Source of the DNA: Bacteroidota bacterium
GTDB taxonomy: Bacteria; Pseudomonadota; Gammaproteobacteria; Acidiferrobacterales; Sulfurifustaceae
Length of the DNA: 55,108 nt
Assembly: GCA_050257795.1 (NCBI GenBank)
Contig: JBLMXN010000074.1
Coordinates: 1-55,108, forward strand
Direction: 5' to 3'
The position numbers and the translations under genes were made by a program. Under the pieces are notes generated by a model. It was not told where the DNA came from and made no database searches. It saw only the letters and a list, made by a program, of their open reading frames with translations. Each line of letters starts with the position of its first letter. Within the stretch, counting starts at the first letter, position 1. Positions 47,456-55,108 of this stretch are shown piece by piece.

Positions 47456-48322
47456 TTATTTGTTTTTGGCGGGTTTATAGCTAGCTAAGTGGGATTTAAT
47501 AATCATTTCAAAACGGTCAGTTACCTTGAGTTGGCTCGCATATTTGTCCAAACGCCGTTCCATGGCGTTTGTCACCAGTTCCAAGCGCTTTTCCGAGTCT
47601 GGGTGGGTTTTGAACATTAAGGACACGGCGTCATCCTTGGGATTGATGGAGGCCAGCGTCTGTAATACCGCCGGCAAGCCATAAGGGTCATAACCGGCTC
47701 GTGCGGCCAGCACGACACCCATGCGGTCGGCGGCGAATTCGTCCGCCTTATCCAGCCCGCGGGCATAAATTTCGGTGCCGGCGCTGACCAGCTTGGCGTA
47801 CTCCGGTTTGCCGCGGCTCTGGGCGTAATCGCCGAGCTTTTCGCTCAGCATGCCGGTCAGCTTGTCTTTGCGCATGGTGTTCAGCGCGTGCTTGGCGATC
47901 ACGTGGCTGATTTCGTGCGCCAGCACTCCGGCGAGCTCGGACTCGTCGTGCATGCGCAGCAGCATGCCGCGGGTGATGAACACGTAACCGCCGGGCGTGG
48001 CGAAGGCATTGACGCTGTCAGTGTCCATCACGCCGAAATGCCACGGCAAATTCGGCCGGTCGGTGTGCAACGCGATCCACTGGCCGACCTTGTTGACGTA
48101 GCTTTGCAGCGCCGGGTCGTCCACCAGCGGTGAGGCCCCCAGCAGGTTGGCGGCGACGTCCCTGCCGAGCGTAATTTCATCGTTTTCGGACGGCTGGCGC
48201 AGCGGTTTGAGTTTCTCGCCGACATCGCGCAACTTCTCGACGTCGAGCTTAAGGGCCATCGCCGGCCAGGGGGCGGTCAGTGCGAGCGCGCCAATGAGCA
48301 GGATGAATTTAGTGATTTTCAT
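47456..48322 (-). CDS. Exported M48 family metalloprotease
   Basis: Signal peptide, NAFATPGG, LAHEISH, EFAADR, AGYDP and THP. Confidence 0.9.
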   Translation of the reverse strand: MKITKFILLIGALALTAPWPAMALKLDVEKLRDVGEKLKPLRQPSENDEITLGRDVAANLLGASPLVDDPALQSYVNKVGQWIALHTDRPNLPWHFGVMDTDSVNAFATPGGYVFITRGMLLRMHDESELAGVLAHEISHVIAKHALNTMRKDKLTGMLSEKLGDYAQSRGKPEYAKLVSAGTEIYARGLDKADEFAADRMGVVLAARAGYDPYGLPAVLQTLASINPKDDAVSLMFKTHPDSEKRLELVTNAMERRLDKYASQLKVTDRFEMIIKSHLASYKPAKNK

Positions 48323-48334
48323 AACGCTTCCAGA

Positions 48335-48955
48335 TTACTGACTCAAGAACGGAACGTTTTTCTCTTTGAGGCCGGCGCTCTGCGCGTATTGGCGCGCCGT
48401 ACTGTCGCTCGCACGATAGGCATCCATCGCCGCCACCGCCTGCGGATTGGGTTTGGCGGTTTTCAGATCCTCCGCGCTCAGGCCGCGGATGCCGGTGGTG
48501 GCGACGATGCCCTGGGAACCGGAGCGCCCGGTCTCGCCGATGTTGCGCAGGATCGCCAGACCCTCGCCGGATTTTTGGGCTTCCGGACCGGTACCGGTGC
48601 GCACCTGGAACAGCTTGGCCCAGCCGGTTTTGCCCTTGCCCGAAATGCGCATCCAGCCCCCGCGGCGTTCGAGAATTTGCACCGTGGTGTTTTGCGGTAA
48701 TTGTCCGGCCGGCTTGGCGTCGCTGTACGGCCCGGCCATCAAGTTGACGGCGGTGCGCGTGCTGCCGGTTTCCCCGGCGGCGGTGTCGGCGAGTTTGGCG
48801 CTCGCAGTGGTTTCAGTGGTTTGTTTAGTCGCAACGGCGGTGTTATTGGCGGAGCTGACGCTGGTTTCCTTGGGCGCGGTGGCGGTTTCTTTGCCACACG
48901 CCGCGGTCACGGCCGCCAGGCCGAGGGCTAATGAAAGCAACAAAACTCGTTTCAT
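48335..48955 (-). CDS. SH3b-like domain lipoprotein
   Basis: Lipobox TAAC, ILERRGGWMRI..GKTGW and C-terminal ATTGIRGLSAEDL; start trimmed to 48955. Confidence 0.75.
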   Translation of the reverse strand: MKRVLLLSLALGLAAVTAACGKETATAPKETSVSSANNTAVATKQTTETTASAKLADTAAGETGSTRTAVNLMAGPYSDAKPAGQLPQNTTVQILERRGGWMRISGKGKTGWAKLFQVRTGTGPEAQKSGEGLAILRNIGETGRSGSQGIVATTGIRGLSAEDLKTAKPNPQAVAAMDAYRASDSTARQYAQSAGLKEKNVPFLSQ

Positions 48956-49289
48956 GATGATTTCCATTCCGTTCACACAGATCAACTTTTCTTCGTTGTC
49001 TTCGATTTCGGTCTGGCAGTTCCGGCAAAGGCAGAGCGCAGGCCCGGCAAACCTCGCGTGCCGGCAGATACTCGCCATCCTCGAGCGCCATGATGGCACT
49101 GCCGCGGTATTTGTCCAGCGTCCCTTAATGTGACCCTACTCGCTACGCCCGATGGTCTTGACGACAAACCAGCCCTACTTCGCTGCGCTCCGTTCGTCCT
49201 GTCATAATATGACCACAGGCCAAGACCAATCCAGCAGGGAGCGGAATCATTATGCGCCGGCCAAGCGGGGCGGCGCGCATCCGGAATCG

Positions 49290-50261
49290 ATGAGTCCTTC
49301 ACGCCACAAGAGATCCAAGACCGACAAACCGGACGCATCGCTTTCATTTCTGACACTCAAGCACACGCGCGGCAGTTACGAGCCGCGCTACTGGACGAGC
49401 TGGCTGTGGCTGCTGCTGTTGCGGGCGACGGCGGCGCTGCCGCTCGCGTGGTCGCGCGCCGTCGGCGCCGGCTTCGGGCTGCTCATGATGATCTCGAATG
49501 AGAAACGCCGCCGCATCGCGCGCATCAATCTGGAAATGAGCTTTCCGAAGCTGAGCCTGCGCGAACGCGAAAACCTGTTACGGCGGCATTTCATCGTGAG
49601 CGGCCAGAGCTATTTCGACCTGGCGTACCTCGCCTGGGCCTCTGAGCGGCGCATCCTGCGCAAGACCCATATCCGCGGCCTCGAGACCTACCACGACTTG
49701 CGCGGGCGAAACCTCATCCTGCTCGCGCCGCACTGCGTCGGCATGAATTTCGGCGGAGCCGTAATCGCGCGCGAACGCGCGCAATTCTCGATGGTGAAAC
49801 TGCAGCGCAACCCGGTGGTCAACTGGCTGCTCAATCGCGGACGCATGCGCTTCGGCTGTTTTCTGCTCTCGCGCCAGCAGGGATTGCGGCCGGTGATACG
49901 CGGACTCAAGCAGGGGCTGGCGTTCTACTATCTGCCGGATGAGGACTTCGGTCAGCGCCAGTCGGTGTTCGTGCCGTTCTTCGGCGTGCCGACGGCGACG
50001 CTCGCCACCCTCGGGCGGCTTGCCAGCCTCACCGACGCGCTGGTGGTGCCGTGTTTTACGCGACTGCTGCCGGGCGGGCGCGGCTATGAAGTGATTCTCA
50101 AACCGCCGCTCGAAGACTTTCCGACCGGCGATCGCCTGCGCGACGCCGCGCGCATGAACGCGGCGATCGAGGAGGGCCTGCGGCACATGCCCGAGCAATA
50201 TCTCTGGACCTTCAAACTGTTCAAGACGCGCCCGGGCCGCGCGCCCTCGCCTTATGGCTGA
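49290..50261 (+). CDS. Lipid A late acyltransferase family (LpxL/HtrB-like), paralogue 1
   Basis: PRYW, ARINL..FP, YLPDEDFG, VPFFG and PEQYLW..K.FKTRP. Start uncertain (49152-49290). Confidence 0.88.
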   Translation: MSPSRHKRSKTDKPDASLSFLTLKHTRGSYEPRYWTSWLWLLLLRATAALPLAWSRAVGAGFGLLMMISNEKRRRIARINLEMSFPKLSLRERENLLRRHFIVSGQSYFDLAYLAWASERRILRKTHIRGLETYHDLRGRNLILLAPHCVGMNFGGAVIARERAQFSMVKLQRNPVVNWLLNRGRMRFGCFLLSRQQGLRPVIRGLKQGLAFYYLPDEDFGQRQSVFVPFFGVPTATLATLGRLASLTDALVVPCFTRLLPGGRGYEVILKPPLEDFPTGDRLRDAARMNAAIEEGLRHMPEQYLWTFKLFKTRPGRAPSPYG

Positions 50262-51168
50262 TACCCGGCTGAGCAATTATTTTCATCCACGCTACTGGCC
50301 CACCTGGGTCGGTCTCGGCTTCATGCGCGCGGTGAGCTGGCTGCCGCTGCCGGTCATTGCGCTGTTCGGCAGGGCACTGGGGATGTTGTTGTATGCCCTG
50401 CATGCCTCGCGGCGGCATGTGGTGCACGTCAACATCCGGCTGTGTTTCCCGGAGCTGTCGCCACGCGCCCAGGCGCGCATTGCGCGCAAACACTTTCGCG
50501 CCTTCGGACAGACGCTGCTCGATATTGGCATTGGCTGGTGGGCTTCGGAATATCGATTGCGGCGCCTCACGCGTTTTCGCGGGCGTGAGCATTACGACAA
50601 GGTTTTGCGCGAGAACAAGAACATCATTCTGCTTGCGCCGCACTTTCTCGGACTCGACATCGGCGGCATACGCACCTCGGCCGAACGGCCGGTGACATCA
50701 GTGTTTCGCCACCCGGTCAACGAGCTGCTCGCGCATGTTATGTATCACGCGCGCGCGCGCTTTGGGGCACATTTGGTTGAGCACAACAAACCATTCACGG
50801 CGCTGGTGAAACAGACGAAAAAAGGCGTGCCGCTTTATTACCTGCCGGACCAGGACGCCGGCCCACGCCAATCGGTGTTCGCGCCGTTCTTCGGCATTCC
50901 GGCGGCGACGTTTGTCGTTTTACCGCGCCTAGCGGAAATGACGAATGCCGTCGTAATTCTCTGCGTTACGCGACAATTATCTTGGGGCCGCGGATACGAG
51001 ATCACCTTCTACCCGCCGCTGGAAAATTTTCCCTCCGGCGACGCACTGGCGGATACGACCAGAATGAACAAGGAAATTGAAAACGCGGTTCGTGAAATGC
51101 CGGAGCAGTATTTCTGGCTGCACAAGCGCTTCAAGACGCGCCCGCCAGGCGAGCCGCGTTTCTATTAG
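50254..51168 (+). CDS. Lipid A late acyltransferase (LpxL/HtrB-like), paralogue 2
   Basis: HPRYWPTW, HFLGLD (HX4D), YLPDQD, APFFG and PEQYFWLHKRFKTRP. Confidence 0.9.
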   Translation: MADTRLSNYFHPRYWPTWVGLGFMRAVSWLPLPVIALFGRALGMLLYALHASRRHVVHVNIRLCFPELSPRAQARIARKHFRAFGQTLLDIGIGWWASEYRLRRLTRFRGREHYDKVLRENKNIILLAPHFLGLDIGGIRTSAERPVTSVFRHPVNELLAHVMYHARARFGAHLVEHNKPFTALVKQTKKGVPLYYLPDQDAGPRQSVFAPFFGIPAATFVVLPRLAEMTNAVVILCVTRQLSWGRGYEITFYPPLENFPSGDALADTTRMNKEIENAVREMPEQYFWLHKRFKTRPPGEPRFY

Positions 51169-51230
51169 TCCGGCCGCCGTCCGGGATTATTGGCTATCCT
51201 TTCCGGCAGGAGACCACCGAGGGACAGGGT

Positions 51231-51596
51231 ATGATCCGGTTCATCAACTGCATGCGCAAGCGACCCGGCATGAGCTCCGAGCAGTTCCGCCAATACTGGA
51301 ACGACGCGAAGTTCGACGCCATCATCGGTCGGGTGGTGGAGTACACCGGCGCCGCGGGCTACTGGAAAAATCTTACGCTGCTGGTCGCGGCCAACGAGCT
51401 GATGCAGGAGCGGCGCGGCGGTTCTGCGCAACCCTTCGACGGAGTGCTGGAATACTGGTGGGATGACGGCGCACGGCTCAACAGCGTGCTGCACACGCCG
51501 CAGTGCGATCTGCTGATGAAGTCGATGCTGGAGTATCAGCGCGGGTTTGTCGATCTGGAAAATTCCTGCGCGTTTTTCGCCGAGGCGCAAGCGTGA
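51231..51596 (+). CDS. EthD-like dimeric alpha/beta barrel protein
   Basis: RKRPGMSSEQFRQYW, FDGVLEYWW and FVD...S..F. Confidence 0.65.
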   Translation: MIRFINCMRKRPGMSSEQFRQYWNDAKFDAIIGRVVEYTGAAGYWKNLTLLVAANELMQERRGGSAQPFDGVLEYWWDDGARLNSVLHTPQCDLLMKSMLEYQRGFVDLENSCAFFAEAQA

Positions 51597-51608
51597 GCGC
51601 CTGCAAAA

Positions 51609-51920
51609 TTATTTTTGCAGGCGCTTGAGAAAAACCGACATCTCCTTCGCTGCCTGCTTATCGCCTTTTTCCTCGGCAACTTTGATCCCATCCTCGTAGG
51701 CTTTGATCGCCTCGTCCGTGTGCCCAGCCTCGGCAAGCGCTTTGCCGAGCAGCTTCCACGCGGCGGAATATTTCGGATCGTGCGCGACGGCTTTACGCAG
51801 TTGCTCGGCGGCCTTGTCGAATTGATTGAGCTTCAGATATTCGCCGCCGAGGCTGTAACGCAGCAGCGCGTTGTCCTGGCCGCGTGCGAGCATCGCTTCG
51901 AGGTTGTCGACGATCGCCAC
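51609..51920 (-). CDS. Small TPR-repeat protein
   Basis: LRYSLGGEY..A and DPKYSAAWKLLGKAL..G..EA..AY helical repeats. Confidence 0.8.
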   Translation of the reverse strand: MAIVDNLEAMLARGQDNALLRYSLGGEYLKLNQFDKAAEQLRKAVAHDPKYSAAWKLLGKALAEAGHTDEAIKAYEDGIKVAEEKGDKQAAKEMSVFLKRLQK

Positions 51921-51924
51921 GGGG

Positions 51925-53292
51925 CTATTCCTTGGGTGGCTTGGGGTTGACGCCGAGCTGCTTGAGCTTGCGGTAGAGGTGGGTGCGCTCCATGCCGGAA
52001 AGGCGCGCGACTTCGGCGACGTTGCCGCCGGTGCGTTTCAAATGGTGCTCGAGATAGGCCTTCTCGAACTGGTCGCGCGCGTCGCGCAGCGGCATCTCCA
52101 TCAGGGTCGGCGGATAGGCTTCGGCCGAAACCAGCGCCGGCGACCCGAGCGTCTGTTCGACTTCGGCTTCCGTCACTTCCTCCCCGCGGTGCAGAATCAG
52201 CAGCCGTTGCACCAGGTTTTTCAGCTCCAGCACGTTGCCCGGCCAGGAGTAATTGCGCAGCAGGTTGAGCGCGCCGGTGGTGAACTTGCGGTACGGCAGA
52301 TGCTCGTTGTCGGCCATCCAGTTGACGTAGAAATTGATCAGCTCCGGCACGTCCTCGCGGTGTTCGCGCAACGGCGGCACGCGCAGCGGCACGACGTTCA
52401 GGCGATAGTAAAGATCCTCGCGAAAGCGTTTGTCATCCACCGCCTTCTGCAAATCCTGATCGCTCGCGGCGAGAATGCGCACGTCCAGCTCGATGGGTTC
52501 GTGACCACTCACTCGCGTGAAACGTTTCTGATCCAGCGCATCCAGCAGGCGCGCCTGCATCGCGCTGTCGAGTTCGGCGATTTCGTTCAACAGCAGCGTG
52601 CCGCCTGCGGCCTGCTCGAAGCTTCCGGGTGTCGCGGCGCCTTTGTGTTCGTGACCGAACAGTTGCGCCGCCACGTGCGCCGGCGGGACGGCGGCCAGAC
52701 TCACCTCGACGAACGGATGCTCCTTGCGCGCGCTCTGAGCGTGCAGGTAGCGCGCCGCCACCGCCTTGCCGCTGCCGGCCTCGCCGCCGATGAGCACCCA
52801 GGCGTCGGTCGCGGCGATGCGTTCGATGTTCTCGCGCAGCTGCTGCATCACCGGGCTCTTGCCGATGAGTGTGGCGGCGGGTTCGGCCTGCCGGCGCAGG
52901 CGCAGATTTTCACGCCGCAGCTTGTCGTTCTCGAGCGCCCGCTCCACGGTCAGCAGCAGCTTGCCCATGGACAGCGGTTTTTCGATGAAGTCATAGGCGC
53001 CGAGGCGCGTGGCCTCGACCGCGGTTTCGACCGTGCCGTGCCCCGAGATCATGATGACCGGCATTTCCAGATTGCCGCTCGTGGCCCACTCGCGCAGCAG
53101 GCTGATGCCGTCGGTGTCCGGCATCCAGATGTCGAGCAGCACCAGGTCGGGACGTTGCTTGCGCACGGCCTCGCGCGCCGCGCGCGCGTTTTCCGCCGCG
53201 ACCACCTTGTAGTGCTCGTCCTCGAGGATTTCCTGCACCAGCCGGCGGATGTCCGGTTCGTCGTCGACCACCAGAATATAACCGGGGTTCAT
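51925..53292 (-). CDS. ntrX: NtrX-like REC-AAA-HTH response regulator
   Basis: VVDDE, LLDIWMP, ISGHG, EKP, REDLYYRLNV, WPGNV and MERTHLYRKL; downstream of the NtrY-like kinase. Confidence 0.8.
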   Translation of the reverse strand: MNPGYILVVDDEPDIRRLVQEILEDEHYKVVAAENARAAREAVRKQRPDLVLLDIWMPDTDGISLLREWATSGNLEMPVIMISGHGTVETAVEATRLGAYDFIEKPLSMGKLLLTVERALENDKLRRENLRLRRQAEPAATLIGKSPVMQQLRENIERIAATDAWVLIGGEAGSGKAVAARYLHAQSARKEHPFVEVSLAAVPPAHVAAQLFGHEHKGAATPGSFEQAAGGTLLLNEIAELDSAMQARLLDALDQKRFTRVSGHEPIELDVRILAASDQDLQKAVDDKRFREDLYYRLNVVPLRVPPLREHREDVPELINFYVNWMADNEHLPYRKFTTGALNLLRNYSWPGNVLELKNLVQRLLILHRGEEVTEAEVEQTLGSPALVSAEAYPPTLMEMPLRDARDQFEKAYLEHHLKRTGGNVAEVARLSGMERTHLYRKLKQLGVNPKPPKE

Positions 53293-55108
53293 GCCTTGGT
53301 CTCCGCGTGCACCGGTTTTTGCAGCGGCGCCTCCACCAGCGCCGCCTCACCGACTGGCAGACGTATGGTGACGCACGCGCCGCCTTCCTTGAGATTTTCC
53401 GCGTGCGTCGTGCCGCCGTGCTCCTCGACGATGCGCTTGACGATGGCCAGCCCCAGCCCGGTGCCCCTTTCCTTGCTGGTGACGTAGGGTTCGTACAGGC
53501 GCCCGAGCATCGCTTCCGGAAAACCCGGCCCGTTGTCCTGCACCTTGAGTTCGACGAAACGATGCAGGTTCTCCGCAACCGCGCGCGTGCTCACGCGGAT
53601 CACCGGTTTGGGCGTGGCGGCCAGGGCATCGCGCGCATTGAGCAACAGGTTGTGCAGCACCTGCCGCAGCCGTCCGGGGTCGGCCGATACCACCGGCAAC
53701 TCGGCGTCGAGTTCGAGCTTGGTGGCGACCGGTCGCGGCGCCTTGCGGCCGGCTCGGCCGGCCACGCCGTGCAGCGGCACCACGCCGGCGGCCGCGAGCC
53801 CGCGTTCGTTCTTGTACAGCTCGACGACGTCCCGGATCAGATCGTTGAGATCGACCGGGCGCGAGCGCAACTGGGCCGAACGCGCGTACTCGGAGAAGTC
53901 GTTGACCATCGACTTGAGCGCCTCCACTTGTTCGATGATCGTGCGCGTGGCGCGGTCGAGCGCGCCGCGCTCTTCCTCCTCGACTTGGCGCAGGTACTTG
54001 TGGCGGATGCGCTCGGCGGAAAGCTGGATCGGCGTGAGCGGGTTCTTGATCTCGTGCGCCATGCGCCGCGCCACTTCGCCCCAGGCGGCGTTGCGCTGCG
54101 CCTGGATCAGGGTGGTGATGTCGTCGAACACGACCACGTACCCGCCGCGCTTGCCGCGCCAGGACGGCAGCAGCGTGCCGCGCACCATGAGCGTGCGGCT
54201 GTGATTGTTGGCCGGCAGCTCGATCTGGGTGCGCCATTCGCTGTCTCCGGCGGCGGTCGCCTGCTCGATCGACTCGGCGAACGGCTGCAACGGCGGATAG
54301 CGTTCTGCCAGCGACGCCAGCGGTTTGCGCTCGAGCGCCTTGAGCTCGACGCCGAGGATATGGCTCGCCGCCGGGTTATGGGTGCGCAGCATCAGCCTCT
54401 GGTTGAAGGTGAGCACGCCGGAGGACAGGTGGCCGAGCACGGTTTCGAGGTAGGCGCGCTGGATCTCGGCCTCCTGCTGGCTGCGCTTGCTCTGCGACTG
54501 CGCGCGATGAATGCGCCGCGTCATGTCGTTGAAGGATTCGACCAGGATGCCGATCTCGTCATGGCTGGTGACGGGCAGCTGTTTCTGGTAATCGCCCTGC
54601 GCCACCGCGCGCGTGCCCTCAGCGAGCTCGCGGATCGGCGCCGCCAGCCGCCGCGCCGAGAAGATCGCGGCCCACACCGCGATCAGCAGCGTCAGCAGCG
54701 CGATCAGCGACAGCGTGAGCGTGAACCCGAACTTGAGCGGTCCGCGCAGGTACACCAGTTTTTCGTAATCGGCGAACGCCGATTGCACCGATTCCCCAAG
54801 CTTGGCGTAGCGCGCCGGCAGCGCCTGCAGCGCCTGCAGCGCGCGGTTGGGGGCGCCGACCTCGCGCGGGTGCACCGGCACCACCACGCGCAGCTGTAGC
54901 CCGGATTTGCCGATGGCATCGAGGTTGGCGTAGACCAGCCCCTGGCGCACCTGCGCCAGGATCGCGTCGTTCGGCCGATCCGGCAGCAGCGTGCCGGTGT
55001 CGAGGCTGGCGTCGCTGCTCGAAGCGACGATCTTGCCATCCTGGGTGAACAGCGTGAGTTCCGTGATGGCGTATTGTTCGCGCAGGGCGTTCAGCAACGA
55101 CAGTTCCG
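53289..55108 (-). CDS. ntrY: NtrY-like HAMP-PAS sensor histidine kinase (5' end outside the window)
   Basis: AWGEVARRMAHEIKNPLTPIQLSAER, NLLLNA, DNGPGF and GTGLGL; frame stays open to the window edge. Confidence 0.85.
   Translation of the reverse strand, partial: ELSLLNALREQYAITELTLFTQDGKIVASSSDASLDTGTLLPDRPNDAILAQVRQGLVYANLDAIGKSGLQLRVVVPVHPREVGAPNRALQALQALPARYAKLGESVQSAFADYEKLVYLRGPLKFGFTLTLSLIALLTLLIAVWAAIFSARRLAAPIRELAEGTRAVAQGDYQKQLPVTSHDEIGILVESFNDMTRRIHRAQSQSKRSQQEAEIQRAYLETVLGHLSSGVLTFNQRLMLRTHNPAASHILGVELKALERKPLASLAERYPPLQPFAESIEQATAAGDSEWRTQIELPANNHSRTLMVRGTLLPSWRGKRGGYVVVFDDITTLIQAQRNAAWGEVARRMAHEIKNPLTPIQLSAERIRHKYLRQVEEEERGALDRATRTIIEQVEALKSMVNDFSEYARSAQLRSRPVDLNDLIRDVVELYKNERGLAAAGVVPLHGVAGRAGRKAPRPVATKLELDAELPVVSADPGRLRQVLHNLLLNARDALAATPKPVIRVSTRAVAENLHRFVELKVQDNGPGFPEAMLGRLYEPYVTSKERGTGLGLAIVKRIVEEHGGTTHAENLKEGGACVTIRLPVGEAALVEAPLQKPVHAETKA

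Noticed and set aside
48956-49099. Cys-rich N-terminal extension of the SH3 ORF
   Set aside because: It lies upstream of a clear lipoprotein signal peptide starting at 48955, so it is probably untranslated.
49134-49190. Short imperfect direct repeat CCCTACT(T)CGCT.CGC.C
   Set aside because: Only two 17-18 bp copies, possibly a REP remnant; too little to support a call.

Overview
GC-rich (beta/gamma)proteobacterial chromosome segment spanning the probable replication origin. Core block: uvrD, glmS, glmU, slyD-like, the complete atpIBEFHAGDC operon, parB, parA, rsmG, mnmG, mnmE, yidC, yidD, rnpA and rpmH on the minus strand, then dnaA, dnaN and gyrB on the plus strand, with no recF. To the right are apaG/apaH/pip, a methyl-cycle operon (metK, SAH riboswitch, ahcY, metF), ttcA, an SH3+M48 pair, two lipid A acyltransferases and an ntrYX-like two-component system cut by the window edge. 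I see no tRNA, rRNA, CRISPR array, integrase or transposase. Non-coding signals include DnaA boxes plus DnaA-trio-like repeats between dnaA and dnaN (likely oriC), two parS sites between dnaN and gyrB, a GTAG-type REP doublet and a heptamer-built inverted repeat inside the atp operon. The most unusual observations are: (1) a tandem ~111-114 bp hairpin element forming a translationally coupled micro-ORF between parA and parB; (2) a low-GC trough over core genes roughly centred on parS; (3) five genes with a -10 box 6-7 nt before the ATG, suggesting leaderless mRNAs; (4) an M48 peptidase fused to a type IV pilin domain; (5) an LpxL paralogue with HX4N in place of HX4D. I cannot establish a wholly new multi-gene system from the sequence alone. 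All product calls come from motif recognition by eye, not database searches.
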